From positions 177,177 to 241,176 of IMG/VR virus record IMGVR_UViG_3300035698_013060: a stretch of DNA of 64,000 nucleotides, one strand, 5' to 3'. Each line of letters begins with the position of its first letter. Within the stretch, counting starts at the first letter, position 1. Below, in pieces: positions 1 through 10,121 of this stretch. The notes below the pieces were generated by a model. That model had not been told where the DNA came from, searched no databases, and saw only the letters and a program-made list of their open reading frames with translations. The position numbers were made by a program, and so were the translations under genes.

Positions 1-2
1 AC

Positions 3-428
3 AAGGCTGACCCGAAAGCCTTGGAGATGAATTGTTACAACGAGGATGTTTGGGCCGAGGAAGCCGTGGATCCCGAGGAAGCGATGAACGCATTCTCGGA
101 GTTCCTGGAAGACTTCAAGTTTGTAGGAAAAGTCGGTAAGAAGTCCGGAAAGCCTTACAAAGTTGCTAGACTTGTAGGTCACAATGCATCTACGTTCGAT
201 AAGGGCTTCATGATGGCTCTCTACAGAACTTATGATGCCTTTATGCCGTTCGAGTTCAAGATCTGGGATACTCAACAGTTGGCTATGTGGAGCCTTCCAG
301 ACGCTGAGCATCACAAGCTCGAGGTTCTGTGTGAGTACTACAACATTGACATCGGCAATGCTCATGACGCTCTAGCTGATGCGATCGCCACTCGACGGGT
401 AGCTTGGTGTCTCATGACTGAGGAGTGA
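3..428 (+). CDS. DEDDh 3'-5' exonuclease (DnaQ/epsilon-like), 5' truncated by window edge
   Basis: Motifs LVGHNASTFD, IWDT, HKLEVLCEYY and HDALADA; frame open to the window start. Confidence 0.85.
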   Translation, partial: KADPKALEMNCYNEDVWAEEAVDPEEAMNAFSEFLEDFKFVGKVGKKSGKPYKVARLVGHNASTFDKGFMMALYRTYDAFMPFEFKIWDTQQLAMWSLPDAEHHKLEVLCEYYNIDIGNAHDALADAIATRRVAWCLMTEE

Positions 429-597
429 GACGAGTGAAGACGTACATTATTTACCATGAAATGGGCCTCTGCCAAGATATTATCGTCAGTGACGAGTCGG
501 AAGCTGATTCCGAAAAAAGACTGGCCTGAATCAAATCACGTTCTGACTTTCAAGTCATTGCCGTGATAAGAGGAATACTCATGGAAGGACATGAAGC

Positions 598-807
598 ATG
601 CCTGAATCAACGAAAGACGACGGACCCGTCATAGGGACGTTTGTAGTACATGCTCTCAAAAGTCGTGTGAGAACGCGAGATGAATTAAACGGGGATGGTA
701 AAAGGTTCTGTGTTACCCCTCTTGAAGGGAAGCACCTGAAGCCATACTCCGAGTACTACGGCAACCTGGATCAATTCAAAAGTGTCTGGGGAGAACCCAT
801 AGACTAG
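598..807 (+). CDS. hypothetical protein
   Basis: 69-aa ORF with AAGGA upstream, packed before sbcD. Confidence 0.5.
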   Translation: MPESTKDDGPVIGTFVVHALKSRVRTRDELNGDGKRFCVTPLEGKHLKPYSEYYGNLDQFKSVWGEPID

Positions 808-817
808 AGGAGAAACT

Positions 818-1999
818 ATGACAAATGATGGAAAGATGTTGATATACATCGTGAGTGATATCCACTTTCACGACACGATTGCTAGAAGGCTCTATGAAGA
901 GCTAGAGGGTAGCTTCCTGCATCACTTGGAACAGGAAGCTCCGGAAGTCGATATGGTGGTAATTGCCGGAGACCTCTTTGACCGCAAGGTCATGTTCAAC
1001 TCCGATGCTGCCATGTTGGCATTGAAGTTCGTAGGACGCATCGTTGACCTCATGCATGATGATCTCACTGATGGCCACAAGCCAGTCAGAATCCTCAAGG
1101 GTACCAGGACACACGACCACGACCTCTTAAACACGTTCAATTTCATGGACAAGGGAAAGAATGTTGAGGTAGTGAATACCATCACAGGTGAAGAAGTGGT
1201 CCCTCACTTCAACGTACTGTATATCCCTGAGGAATATCCTGTCGATTGGCAGGAGTACTATTCAGACTGGTTGGCCTGTACTGAGACGGAGATAGAAGCT
1301 GAGTCGGAGAGTCCGGCCTGGGATGTGATCTTCCTTCACGGGATGATCGACTTTGAGGCCCACTCTTCGATCGTCATCGACTCGGAAAGGCCGGTCCACT
1401 CAGCCCCAGTGTTCCCCACTGACGTACTACTAGCCAGCGGCTACGTGACTATCGCAGGTCATGTCCATGTCCCTAGTTCCAGGCAGGACAGGATCTTCTA
1501 TTGCGGTTCGTACACGCGCTTCGCCTATGGTGAAGATCACCCAAAAGGCTGGATTAGACTCGAGTACGACGCTGAAATTGGAGCATCCAAGGTTCTCAGG
1601 ATCGAGAACACGGCTGCCCCTGAGTACAAGACTGTGCGTCTGTCTGAAGTCTATGATCCTGAAGCGGATGTGGATGAGAACGTTAAGTCCATCCAAGAAG
1701 TCGCCGAAGGTATCCATCTCAGGCTTGACGTTGACATGGAGCAGGGAGAAAAAGTGAGAAGCGACCTAGCTGTAGTCAGAGAGCGGTTTGCTGATGACGA
1801 TAGGTTGAAATTGAAGATAGATAGGCGAGGAGTCCTCCCGAAACCGGAAGACTCAGAAGACCAGCGAACCGAGTTCCTAGCTAAGCCAGGTACCACGGTG
1901 GCAGAAGCTGTCCACGGCTACGTTGGAGTCACGTCGCCTGATGTGTCGATCACCCTGGACGAGGTCAAGCAAATCATCAGTCCTGAAAAGGAATCTTGA
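818..1999 (+). CDS. sbcD: SbcD/Mre11-like metallophosphoesterase nuclease
   Basis: Motifs SDIHF, IAGDLFD, KGTRTHD, FLHG and AGHVH; GAGGAG RBS. Confidence 0.85.
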   Translation: MTNDGKMLIYIVSDIHFHDTIARRLYEELEGSFLHHLEQEAPEVDMVVIAGDLFDRKVMFNSDAAMLALKFVGRIVDLMHDDLTDGHKPVRILKGTRTHDHDLLNTFNFMDKGKNVEVVNTITGEEVVPHFNVLYIPEEYPVDWQEYYSDWLACTETEIEAESESPAWDVIFLHGMIDFEAHSSIVIDSERPVHSAPVFPTDVLLASGYVTIAGHVHVPSSRQDRIFYCGSYTRFAYGEDHPKGWIRLEYDAEIGASKVLRIENTAAPEYKTVRLSEVYDPEADVDENVKSIQEVAEGIHLRLDVDMEQGEKVRSDLAVVRERFADDDRLKLKIDRRGVLPKPEDSEDQRTEFLAKPGTTVAEAVHGYVGVTSPDVSITLDEVKQIISPEKES

Positions 2000-2072
2000 A
2001 GCTGAGACGCTCCGACCAATAACCAAATGGGGCAAGAGAGTCTCAGATAGAATAATAAAGGAGAAGTTGCCT

Positions 2073-3824
2073 GTGGCGAAAAAACAAGACAGAAAACACC
2101 TCCAAATGGTAGCCGATAACCTGGCTGTTGGCTTCTTAGAGACCGTGGTGTTCTACTTGATGTCGAGCAACCTCTCAATCAACCGCCGGTCGATGAGGAG
2201 GGTTAAGGAGTTTTTCGAGCTCTTCGAGCCCGACGACTTCGCTCGAAGTAGAGATCGCGAGGTCAGGTTTCACCTAATCCAGAGGCTGGCAGCTGCCAGG
2301 GTCGATAAAAGACTGGATGATCCTAACAACATCCTCCAGGCATGCCTCGACGGATCTAGTTATGATGATGAAGTCAACGCAGTCTTCGACGAGTTTGACG
2401 AGATCGGGGAGATTGGTAACGATGACGTCAACTTTGTCGATGAGACGATAGCGGCGAGATTGAAGTTCGCTAACTTCTCTAACGTGGCTGGGAGACTGCA
2501 GGACGTAGTAATTAGGTACCAGAATAACGAATTCCGGAACTTGATGACGTTCATGGAAGAAGAATTGAGTCCAGTAGTAGCTGAAGCAAATGCTGAGCTC
2601 AGACGAGTACAGGTATCTGGTAAAGAATCTGCACTGGACTTCGACATGAGTCGTGAGAGTCTCATGAATATCTATACTCACACGATTGATGTTAGGAATC
2701 GTGGAGGCTCCTGTATCACAACTGGAGTCCAGATGCTCAATGAAATGCTTGGTGGAAATGGTTTTGAAGCTCCAAGAGTTTATACAGCTCTAGGTGCTAG
2801 TGGAAAATGGAAGTCTGGATTCCTCTTCAATGCGTCGATGTGGTCCAAGAAGTACAACGCTAATACAGAATGCATGGATCCGACGAAGAAGCCCTGTACT
2901 CTATTCATGAATCTGGAGAATGACAATCCGGAGACGGCTGAACGGATGCTATCATACGTCGTGAACGACGGTGATATGCAACATGCAGACGTAAGAGAAT
3001 GGGATGCTTCAGATCTGGTGGACCAGATCGTTGACGAAGGGGTCGGTCACGAGGATGATAGTGAAGACTACCAGATATTCTACCGCTACAAATCCAACAG
3101 ATCGATTGACGCCAATGACATCGAGGGAATAATTGAAGAACTTGCTGAAGATGGATATGAGGTCAGATTCCTGATCATTGACTATCTACGCAGGCTCAAC
3201 TCCGTGACCAGAGAGACAGAGGAAAGATTCAGGTTGGCATCAATCGTTGATCAACTGAAAACCCTTGCTATTGCACATTGCATCCCTGTGCTCACAGCAG
3301 CTCAGTTGAATCGGACGGCTATGGCCATCATCGAGGAGATGTCCGAGAAAGGACATGGTAACATCGGACAGAAACTCATGAGCAGCCAGATCGGAGAGGC
3401 CTGGGGTATCATGGAGAACTCCGATATGTGCATCATTGGAAATCCTGAGACGGTCATAACTGGTAGGAAGGAGATTAAGTACTACACGTTCAAGCGATGT
3501 AAGATGCGCGGGAGAGAGAAAGGTCCAAGCTATTTCGCGCATCCATACGTCTCGGGGAACGATATGCGCCTGATAGAGGATATCGATGAGGCTAAACCGC
3601 TTTCTGAGATGAATCTAAAGGACAGTTTCCCTGATGCCGCTTCACTTCCATCAGACGACGCCTCTGACCCGAGTAGCAACATAGTCAGTCGTAAAAAGAA
3701 CAAGATGGTGAAGGGAAGAGAACAGAAGGAGAAACCTCCAAAGAAAAAGAAAGAACAGAATGGAGTCGTTGACGGGTTCCTGGGTGAAAATGAAGGAAAG
3801 TTTTTACTACCTGAAGAGAAATGA
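2073..3824 (+). CDS. dnaB: DnaB-like replicative helicase (jumbo-phage type)
   Basis: Walker A variant GASGKWKS, LIIDYL, AAQLNR, GEAWGIMENSD; GTG start chosen after AAGGAG (ORF open from 1923). Confidence 0.85.
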   Translation: MAKKQDRKHLQMVADNLAVGFLETVVFYLMSSNLSINRRSMRRVKEFFELFEPDDFARSRDREVRFHLIQRLAAARVDKRLDDPNNILQACLDGSSYDDEVNAVFDEFDEIGEIGNDDVNFVDETIAARLKFANFSNVAGRLQDVVIRYQNNEFRNLMTFMEEELSPVVAEANAELRRVQVSGKESALDFDMSRESLMNIYTHTIDVRNRGGSCITTGVQMLNEMLGGNGFEAPRVYTALGASGKWKSGFLFNASMWSKKYNANTECMDPTKKPCTLFMNLENDNPETAERMLSYVVNDGDMQHADVREWDASDLVDQIVDEGVGHEDDSEDYQIFYRYKSNRSIDANDIEGIIEELAEDGYEVRFLIIDYLRRLNSVTRETEERFRLASIVDQLKTLAIAHCIPVLTAAQLNRTAMAIIEEMSEKGHGNIGQKLMSSQIGEAWGIMENSDMCIIGNPETVITGRKEIKYYTFKRCKMRGREKGPSYFAHPYVSGNDMRLIEDIDEAKPLSEMNLKDSFPDAASLPSDDASDPSSNIVSRKKNKMVKGREQKEKPPKKKKEQNGVVDGFLGENEGKFLLPEEK

Positions 3825-3870
3825 GACAAGCCCCATACGCTTCGGCGTATGGGGCTTGTCGTCTTTTTCT
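3825..3870. terminator. intrinsic terminator between convergent genes
   Basis: GACAAGCCCCATACGC-TTCG-GCGTATGGGGCTTGTC perfect 16-bp stem, then a T-tract. Confidence 0.9.
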
Positions 3871-3875
3871 TCTCT

Positions 3876-4346
3876 TTACAGGTCGACGTCGATCGGAGTC
3901 AAGGTCCTATCAGATACGTCAGTAGGAGTTTTTCGGCTAACCTCGATCTCTTCTCTAGCCTTATTCACTGATCTCAAGAAGTTACCAACGAACCTAGGAG
4001 GTACCACTTTGATAGTACCAACAACGAGTTCTGTTGGCCTGAACATGTTGTTGCCCCTAAGAACCATGTACCATAGGTCAGGTGTACCATAAAGAGCCTC
4101 AGAGACAGATTCAGGTCTGTATTGGAGTGTCTCATCCACCTCAAAATCGTCCATAAAAGCAAAGAGTGTCCGCATCTCTTCATGAAGAATACCGTGGGGT
4201 TCGCTCATTACGAAAAGCCCCTTGAAGAAGATCTTCATTGAAGTATTATTCAACGCCAAAGTATTGTCTTTGGAGTGGTCGACACTATCAGCGATGTCGG
4301 TGAATCGCCCCGAGTTAAATCTCGGGTTACTAGGTATATCTGCCAT
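3876..4346 (-). CDS. baseplate wedge protein, T4 gp53/LysM-like
   Basis: YRPESVSEALYGTPDLWYMVLRGNNM matches the gp53-type motif. Confidence 0.7.
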   Translation of the reverse strand: MADIPSNPRFNSGRFTDIADSVDHSKDNTLALNNTSMKIFFKGLFVMSEPHGILHEEMRTLFAFMDDFEVDETLQYRPESVSEALYGTPDLWYMVLRGNNMFRPTELVVGTIKVVPPRFVGNFLRSVNKAREEIEVSRKTPTDVSDRTLTPIDVDL

Positions 4347-4349
4347 TCA

Positions 4350-4943
4350 TCACCTCTTCAGGTATTCCTTGACATGAGACTCCATTTGATGGTGGTCCCA
4401 GTAGCGGCTCTCCTCAAGGATAAACCGCCTCAGTTGATTCTTATTCTCCAAAGCTTTCTCAGCAGCATTTGGAGCTAAGGCATCATCAAAGAACCTCACT
4501 CGGTTCACTGCCATACCATATTCTCTCATCATCGGAGTTATCAAGAAATTGGCAATTCCTTGGAGCATCCTCCTATCAGGAACACCCTCCCTAAAGTCAT
4601 CATTCAAGACGATCAGTATGTCGTCCTTTCTACCATGCGGGATAGCTCCAGTGGCAGCTAGTTCATAGAGAAACCAAGAGACTTGGCTCCTTCCTATCCC
4701 GGAAAAGAAAACATAATCATCTTCAAGAAACTCAACGTAAAAATGGCAAGGAGGTTGACTAGCTTGAAGGTCTTCGTAGAAGTACCGTTGGTACTTGCCC
4801 CACGAATATCTATAGGAACTCCGGAGCATCCTAGGCTCCCAAACTGTTCCTCTGACCATGAGGTTGTGGAGCGGGACCAGAAGAATCCCAGTAGGCTCTC
4901 TGACCCGCTTCCACTTCTTGTCGTTGAGTATCGTGTTTCTCAC
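4350..4943 (-). CDS. hypothetical virion protein (possible degenerate amidase-like fold)
   Basis: 197-aa ORF in a structural operon; PCHFYVE only weakly amidase-like. Confidence 0.5.
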   Translation of the reverse strand: MRNTILNDKKWKRVREPTGILLVPLHNLMVRGTVWEPRMLRSSYRYSWGKYQRYFYEDLQASQPPCHFYVEFLEDDYVFFSGIGRSQVSWFLYELAATGAIPHGRKDDILIVLNDDFREGVPDRRMLQGIANFLITPMMREYGMAVNRVRFFDDALAPNAAEKALENKNQLRRFILEESRYWDHHQMESHVKEYLKR

Positions 4944-4944
4944 G

Positions 4945-5496
4945 TTATCCCTTGATGGACTGGTAGAACTGTTCCTTCATGGCAGCCACTTCGGCCTTGC
5001 GCTTCGGATCCTTGGTCGCTTTCTCGAGGTCATCCAAAGCTCTTTCTGCTTTCTTGACCTGCTTCGTGGCGTCCTTGCTGGCGAAGAAAGCTGCAGTCCC
5101 TACTCCAACGAGCGCGATCATGTTCAAGGTCAGACCGTAAATGGAGTAGAAGAAAGCGAGAACGAGAGCAGCTTGGAGAGCACCGATGGTAGCCAGAATG
5201 GCGACCATGATATATACTCCAACCGGAACGAGAAGCAAAGCGATTGTCGCCTTTTGAACTCCATCAGCTGTCTTATTGGCCTTCTTAGCCTTCGACATAA
5301 AGTCGTAGACCTTCGCTCCGAGGACGTCGATGGATTCTTCGGTGAGAACTCCATTCTCGACAATGAGCGAACCCTTTTCAAAGGGCTCCAACTCAGCATC
5401 TTCCATAAGAGTTCTACCCTCTTCTGATTCGAAGAAGACCACACACTCTTCAATGGACAGATTGGCTTCACCGGCAGTTCCTTGGTAAAACAGCAT
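4945..5496 (-). CDS. hypothetical membrane/virion protein with MLFY N-terminus
   Basis: Acidic N-terminus, long hydrophobic segment, GGAG RBS. Confidence 0.65.
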   Translation of the reverse strand: MLFYQGTAGEANLSIEECVVFFESEEGRTLMEDAELEPFEKGSLIVENGVLTEESIDVLGAKVYDFMSKAKKANKTADGVQKATIALLLVPVGVYIMVAILATIGALQAALVLAFFYSIYGLTLNMIALVGVGTAAFFASKDATKQVKKAERALDDLEKATKDPKRKAEVAAMKEQFYQSIKG

Positions 5497-5517
5497 CTCG
5501 ACATCTCCTGATTTTCG

Positions 5518-7113
5518 TTACACCCACTCGTCGCAATACTCTACGAGAGTACTTGTGTAGTTCACCTTCTGATTCAGTCTGTCAGCTAAGGCATCAAGCA
5601 TGTCTGCCTCCATATCGGGAAGGTCAGCATTTGCCATAGATTCCAGTGGGACTCTAGTGCCGATCTGCGACACATTATCCTCTCGAAGGCGGTTGATGTT
5701 CACTAATCTACTGTTTAGCTCCAGGAAACGCTGCCTGCTCATGAGGACGTCGCCGTTAGCATCATACCCATCGTACTTGTCGTACTCTGTTCCAGGCAAA
5801 TCTGGAAGATTCATAAGGGTCTTACCGAGAGTAAGCGAGCTTACTAAGGTATACCCTGGATCAGAGTCTGGTACCACATTGACTACGGAGAAGTAGACGT
5901 ATTCCCAAAAACGAGAACCGTCATCTTCGTTCGACGGATCTCTGACAGGAAGATCTCTACTATCAGCTGTAATATGATCAATATCCAGTTGTCCGATGAA
6001 ATTAGGATGGATCATGTTGTTGGTCAAAATGACGTTGGTTGGATAGCTAACAGTAGCAGCAGCAGGTAAGACCAGATTACCGACGTTAGTCTCCACGATT
6101 TGCATAGCGTAGCTAGCTTCAGCTGCCGGGAGCTCTGGATCTAGAACGGGATAGAAGAAACCTCCATCATTAAGGATGAGTCCCATATGTGAAGGATCAT
6201 CAGCAATCATGACAACGTTGTGTCTACGCAGCATGACATTGGTGATAACAGCGTCGTACCACGAGTCACCACCCCATGGTGGTCCTATCGGATCTGGATT
6301 ACCGGGCTGGTCTGGTTCGTCGATGATAGAGTCAGAAATACAATCCGTTATGGCTATCCATATCTCGTCCCAGTATCGGACCATTTCTCTGACATAGTTG
6401 ATATCTTTATCTGCTTTCGCAACCTCTCCGGAAGCTAGTATCTTGTCATACATGTACTCTGTGGGAGTCTGTGCTCCTGGGGTCGGTTCACTGATACTAT
6501 CCAACGGGTTGCCGTCATCATCATGAATCATATTTTGTATACTCTGGTCCTGGGATTTAGACAGGTGGTCCACTGCATATCCAGTAATGAGAGATGTGAT
6601 GTCGAAAGCGGAAGCGAACCCGTTCTGTACCATCAGCGAGTGATATAGTGTGTACAAGTCGGCGAAATCCTGGGTTGAGAGCCGGGTGATCCTGGACATG
6701 TAGTCCTGCTCCCAGTCGAGGTAGAGTTCGTCGTTCTCAGGGTCATCCGGATACTTGGGCGTAATAATCCACGCCTTAAAGGCTATTATTCTATCCCCCA
6801 CTAATTCTTCGTAGTTCCTTTCAATGATGACATCTTCGTCATTCTTCTGAAGTTGATCATCTTGCGTTCTGATATACCTATCAAGGAATACCAGTTCGTT
6901 CTGTACCCAAGCCCAGTGATTTCTTGGGACCGTTACATCAGGATCTGTCTCTCCGTCAGCTTCTTCCGTAGGAGAGAACTGTCCATCCAGAGACCAGAGC
7001 TTCATCTTGAGGTAGTTAGCATCTTCTTCGTCAGAGTAGTCCCTCACGAGGAGTTGTTCCTCGATCCATTGTCTGGGATTGATGAAGTTGTCATTGTCTC
7101 TGATATTGGCCAT
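5518..7113 (-). CDS. hypothetical acidic virion structural protein
   Basis: 531-aa ORF, GGAG RBS, in the - strand structural block. Confidence 0.65.
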   Translation of the reverse strand: MANIRDNDNFINPRQWIEEQLLVRDYSDEEDANYLKMKLWSLDGQFSPTEEADGETDPDVTVPRNHWAWVQNELVFLDRYIRTQDDQLQKNDEDVIIERNYEELVGDRIIAFKAWIITPKYPDDPENDELYLDWEQDYMSRITRLSTQDFADLYTLYHSLMVQNGFASAFDITSLITGYAVDHLSKSQDQSIQNMIHDDDGNPLDSISEPTPGAQTPTEYMYDKILASGEVAKADKDINYVREMVRYWDEIWIAITDCISDSIIDEPDQPGNPDPIGPPWGGDSWYDAVITNVMLRRHNVVMIADDPSHMGLILNDGGFFYPVLDPELPAAEASYAMQIVETNVGNLVLPAAATVSYPTNVILTNNMIHPNFIGQLDIDHITADSRDLPVRDPSNEDDGSRFWEYVYFSVVNVVPDSDPGYTLVSSLTLGKTLMNLPDLPGTEYDKYDGYDANGDVLMSRQRFLELNSRLVNINRLREDNVSQIGTRVPLESMANADLPDMEADMLDALADRLNQKVNYTSTLVEYCDEWV

Positions 7114-7194
7114 AAGAGTTCTCCGTAAATAACAGCTTTTTCATCACATATTAAAGCGATGTATGATACGAAATCCACAACAAGGAGAATAGAA

Positions 7195-7428
7195 ATGTTC
7201 ACAGGATCACTCGCAAATGTCACTAATGATTTGGTCCATGTCAACGACGTGGCCGAAGCAGCCGTGGCTCAGAGAAGAGACATGCTGCGCGGTACTCTGC
7301 TCGAGGGAGATCCCCGGATTGAGCAGATGAATCAGAATGCTCTCGCCGGGATTCGCAAGGCTACTGAGAAGATCTTCATGGCTGAAGCTTCAGCCAGGAC
7401 ACCCAGGGATCGGAAATCTACCTGGTAG
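7195..7428 (+). CDS. hypothetical protein
   Basis: AAGGAG RBS; follows an ACATATTA motif. Confidence 0.6.
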   Translation: MFTGSLANVTNDLVHVNDVAEAAVAQRRDMLRGTLLEGDPRIEQMNQNALAGIRKATEKIFMAEASARTPRDRKSTW

Positions 7429-7529
7429 AAGATTAGGGGGAGCTCTGGCTCCCGGGGAGGCTTTGCCTTCTTCCCGTGAATACATCCTAAATGAGACTGA
7501 TATTAGTGATCTATCAAGGGAGGTGTTCC

Positions 7530-7694
7530 ATGAAGATACAGACTCCAGGCACGATGACCCTCGTAGTGATTGCTATCCTGTGGATTGATGTTCTGATCAT
7601 CTGGAAGCTTGGCTTCTGGGCGTTCTGTGGCATCACCCTCGCTGGCAACACGTTCAATCACTGGCTCAGAACCAGGAAAGGAAGTGGATCATGA
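7530..7694 (+). CDS. small membrane protein
   Basis: GGAGG RBS; two hydrophobic stretches. Confidence 0.55.
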   Translation: MKIQTPGTMTLVVIAILWIDVLIIWKLGFWAFCGITLAGNTFNHWLRTRKGSGS

Positions 7695-7879
7695 TGGACT
7701 TGGGAGAAGCCGCCGAGGCTATAAACCGGGAGACGGAGAGGATGACGAAGGAATTCGCCATCAAACGTTCCGCAAGGAAGATCAACGTTGAACGAGCCTG
7801 CAAGCTGATGTGTCAGCTCACAGCTGGTGAGATCAACGGTGAAGACTTCCAAACCAGGCTGAATGAGATCTCAGCCTGA
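7691..7879 (+). CDS. hypothetical protein
   Basis: ATGA overlap with the previous ORF. Confidence 0.5.
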   Translation: MMDLGEAAEAINRETERMTKEFAIKRSARKINVERACKLMCQLTAGEINGEDFQTRLNEISA

Positions 7880-7919
7880 TGAAAATGAACTTGAAAAGGA
7901 GGCGTCTAATGCTTCTTCT

Positions 7920-8219
7920 CTATCCTCCAGTAATTACAGTTCCAGCTCCTGTTACTACGTTGCCGATGAAACACCCTACGAAGAGATCTCCTATTCGACA
8001 AACGTTACTCCCTTCAGCTATGACTGTAGAAGAGCCGGTGACCATGATCCCGACATGCCCACAGAATCCGAGCATAACATCTCCGATCCTAGATGTAGGC
8101 ATCCCCTCAGCAATCACTGTTCCAGCTCCAGTTACGAGCACACCGACCATCCCTATGCAGCTCTTATGACAGCAGCAGACGCCGACACCGAGATCGGATA
8201 TTCTTGCCGTTGGTGGCAT
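7920..8219 (-). CDS. PAAR-domain spike tip protein
   Basis: Three PAAR-type repeats (PTARISD, PTSRIGD, VCRIGD) with TGSSTV/TGAGTV and Cys/His ligands. Confidence 0.9.
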   Translation of the reverse strand: MPPTARISDLGVGVCCCHKSCIGMVGVLVTGAGTVIAEGMPTSRIGDVMLGFCGHVGIMVTGSSTVIAEGSNVCRIGDLFVGCFIGNVVTGAGTVITGG

Positions 8220-9379
8220 CAGTTATCCTCTTTTTCTTCAGTGTTTACAACGCAGAACCTTATCTCCCCCTTCTTCCTTCCACTTTTCTCGAAATTCAGT
8301 ATTCTATTGACTACTGTTTCATAACCCCAAGTTCCAATCCCAGTCTCTCTACTGACCTTCCCGATCTCATCTAGGGTTCTCTTAGCAGCGTCTAGAGTTT
8401 TTGGAGTCCATCCGTCACCACACGGATCCAACCTTCCGAGACCGTTTTCTTCGAGCCACGGACCTCTGTAAGGTGCAAAGCACACTGACTTCATTCCGTT
8501 CTTAGCACCCCACCTCATAAGGTCTGGCCCATCCGTCAACGTCTCGGTTGTGATAAGACTTCCAAGAAAGATCCCGTGATTGGGGTCCCTGCGAAAGATT
8601 TCTTCCAGATTCCCCTTGACTATACTAAGATCTTTCAGTCTGTGAGTCTTGTAATGTTCAGGGTCTACGGTATCAAGACTCACGGATATCCTTGTTAGAG
8701 GACCATTCCTCACCCATTTCTCCCACTTCTCTGGAGTCATCCCGATCCCATTAGTAATCGTCATTATCTCGGTCCCCGGATTGGGAAGATCCAAGACTTT
8801 TTTGATATAGGAGTCAGGATGAGCAAAGAGGTCCCCACCCATGAACTGTGTGTACCTCACATTCTTGAATACCGGTTTCAGCTTCTCAAAGTTCTTATCG
8901 TTCAGTTGATTCTTGACGTTAGGAATGTAAGTGGACCAACAGAAAGGACACGCTGTGTTACACTTGCGTCCTATGAAAAGGAAAACCATGAGAGGCTGTG
9001 TATCGATCTTTGATTTTCCAGAGAGAATACTCTTCTCTATCTCATCGATCTCTGGACAATTTTTAAATCTCTTACGAAGTAAGTCCATTTGCTCTTTGAC
9101 CGTTTGTCCGTTACCTCTACATATCGGACAAGACATCTCAACAGGACAGGCTTTCTTGTATCCAACTGCCAACATCTTCTCACGAAACTTGACGAACCCT
9201 TCACAATTCCATTGTACTTCACCGCTGTACGGACCACCCTCTAGGTATTCGTGCTTAACTAGATCAGGAACGTAACAGCAGGGACTGACTCCCCATCCAC
9301 CAATTCCAAGATATGTCCATGGGTCAACACAGATGTCTCTCCTCAAACTGAGATCTTCAGTACTTGCTTCGTTAATCAT
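8219..9379 (-). CDS. radical SAM protein with N-terminal SPASM-like Cys cluster
   Basis: CNTACPFC (CxxxCxxC), FMGGD, TNG, SVSLD; N-terminal CVDPW..PCC..C..C..C. Confidence 0.85.
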   Translation of the reverse strand: MINEASTEDLSLRRDICVDPWTYLGIGGWGVSPCCYVPDLVKHEYLEGGPYSGEVQWNCEGFVKFREKMLAVGYKKACPVEMSCPICRGNGQTVKEQMDLLRKRFKNCPEIDEIEKSILSGKSKIDTQPLMVFLFIGRKCNTACPFCWSTYIPNVKNQLNDKNFEKLKPVFKNVRYTQFMGGDLFAHPDSYIKKVLDLPNPGTEIMTITNGIGMTPEKWEKWVRNGPLTRISVSLDTVDPEHYKTHRLKDLSIVKGNLEEIFRRDPNHGIFLGSLITTETLTDGPDLMRWGAKNGMKSVCFAPYRGPWLEENGLGRLDPCGDGWTPKTLDAAKRTLDEIGKVSRETGIGTWGYETVVNRILNFEKSGRKKGEIRFCVVNTEEKEDN

Positions 9380-9741
9380 TTTATTTCATGACTTTTATCG
9401 TAGTCTTCTTTGCACACTGGAAGCATGTCTACAGTCTTCCCAGCGAATTTATGAGTACAGTCGCTAAGAAACCTGACCTTCCCATTCTCGATGAAGCAGT
9501 GACACCTCATCAACTCTTCTCCCCTGGATTGGCTCAAGAGAGAAGGACTGAGTGTCGGCTTATCAAGAGACTCATTCCAAAACCAACACGGTCCTTTGCT
9601 CTCTTTCTTTCCAGTATGGAAAGGTACCACGCACAATCCGACCCATCCCTGAAGACGGATCCTGATATGAGATGCCTCTGGAATAGGGCACTCTACATAT
9701 GCATGGTCTAGCAGTTTTACAGGCTGTGCTAATTTGATCAT
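9376..9741 (-). CDS. DUF6527-like Cys/His protein
   Basis: WFWNESLDKPTLSPSLL...RCHCFIENGKVRFLSDCTH. Confidence 0.7.
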   Translation of the reverse strand: MIKLAQPVKLLDHAYVECPIPEASHIRIRLQGWVGLCVVPFHTGKKESKGPCWFWNESLDKPTLSPSLLSQSRGEELMRCHCFIENGKVRFLSDCTHKFAGKTVDMLPVCKEDYDKSHEIK

Positions 9742-9750
9742 GGTTTTCTC

Positions 9751-10116
9751 TTAGACGGGTAATATCGGAGAAAAGTAAACTCCTTCAGAGTAGAGTTTCT
9801 CTCTAATCTCCTCAGAGACGGCTTGAAGTTCTTTACAAACCTTGTCAGCTTCCCCAAGATTCATGCCTGCGGTAAAGGTCATCGTAGGATGCCCATGTTG
9901 AGTAAACTGTATCAACCTGATCTTGAAGGTTGGCTTGCCTAAAAACCTCTTACCGGAGCAATCATAGACTGGATGATAGTAGAACGCCTCTTTGTAGACC
10001 TGTTGGTGAGGATCCCGCGTCTCTCTCATGAGTTTTTCCATGGCTTCTCTTCCACTCAAAGCCTTCGGGAAAACTCGACGAAAGAGAGCTATCATCTTTT
10101 TCAACTTACTCATCAT
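9751..10116 (-). CDS. hypothetical protein
   Basis: 121-aa ORF packed in the spike operon. Confidence 0.55.
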   Translation of the reverse strand: MMSKLKKMIALFRRVFPKALSGREAMEKLMRETRDPHQQVYKEAFYYHPVYDCSGKRFLGKPTFKIRLIQFTQHGHPTMTFTAGMNLGEADKVCKELQAVSEEIREKLYSEGVYFSPILPV

Positions 10117-10121
10117 TCCCC

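Noticed and set aside
7863-8324. + strand ORFs 7863-8324 and 7879-8169, and similar antisense ORFs elsewhere
   Set aside because: They are shadows of clear genes on the opposite strand (here PAAR).
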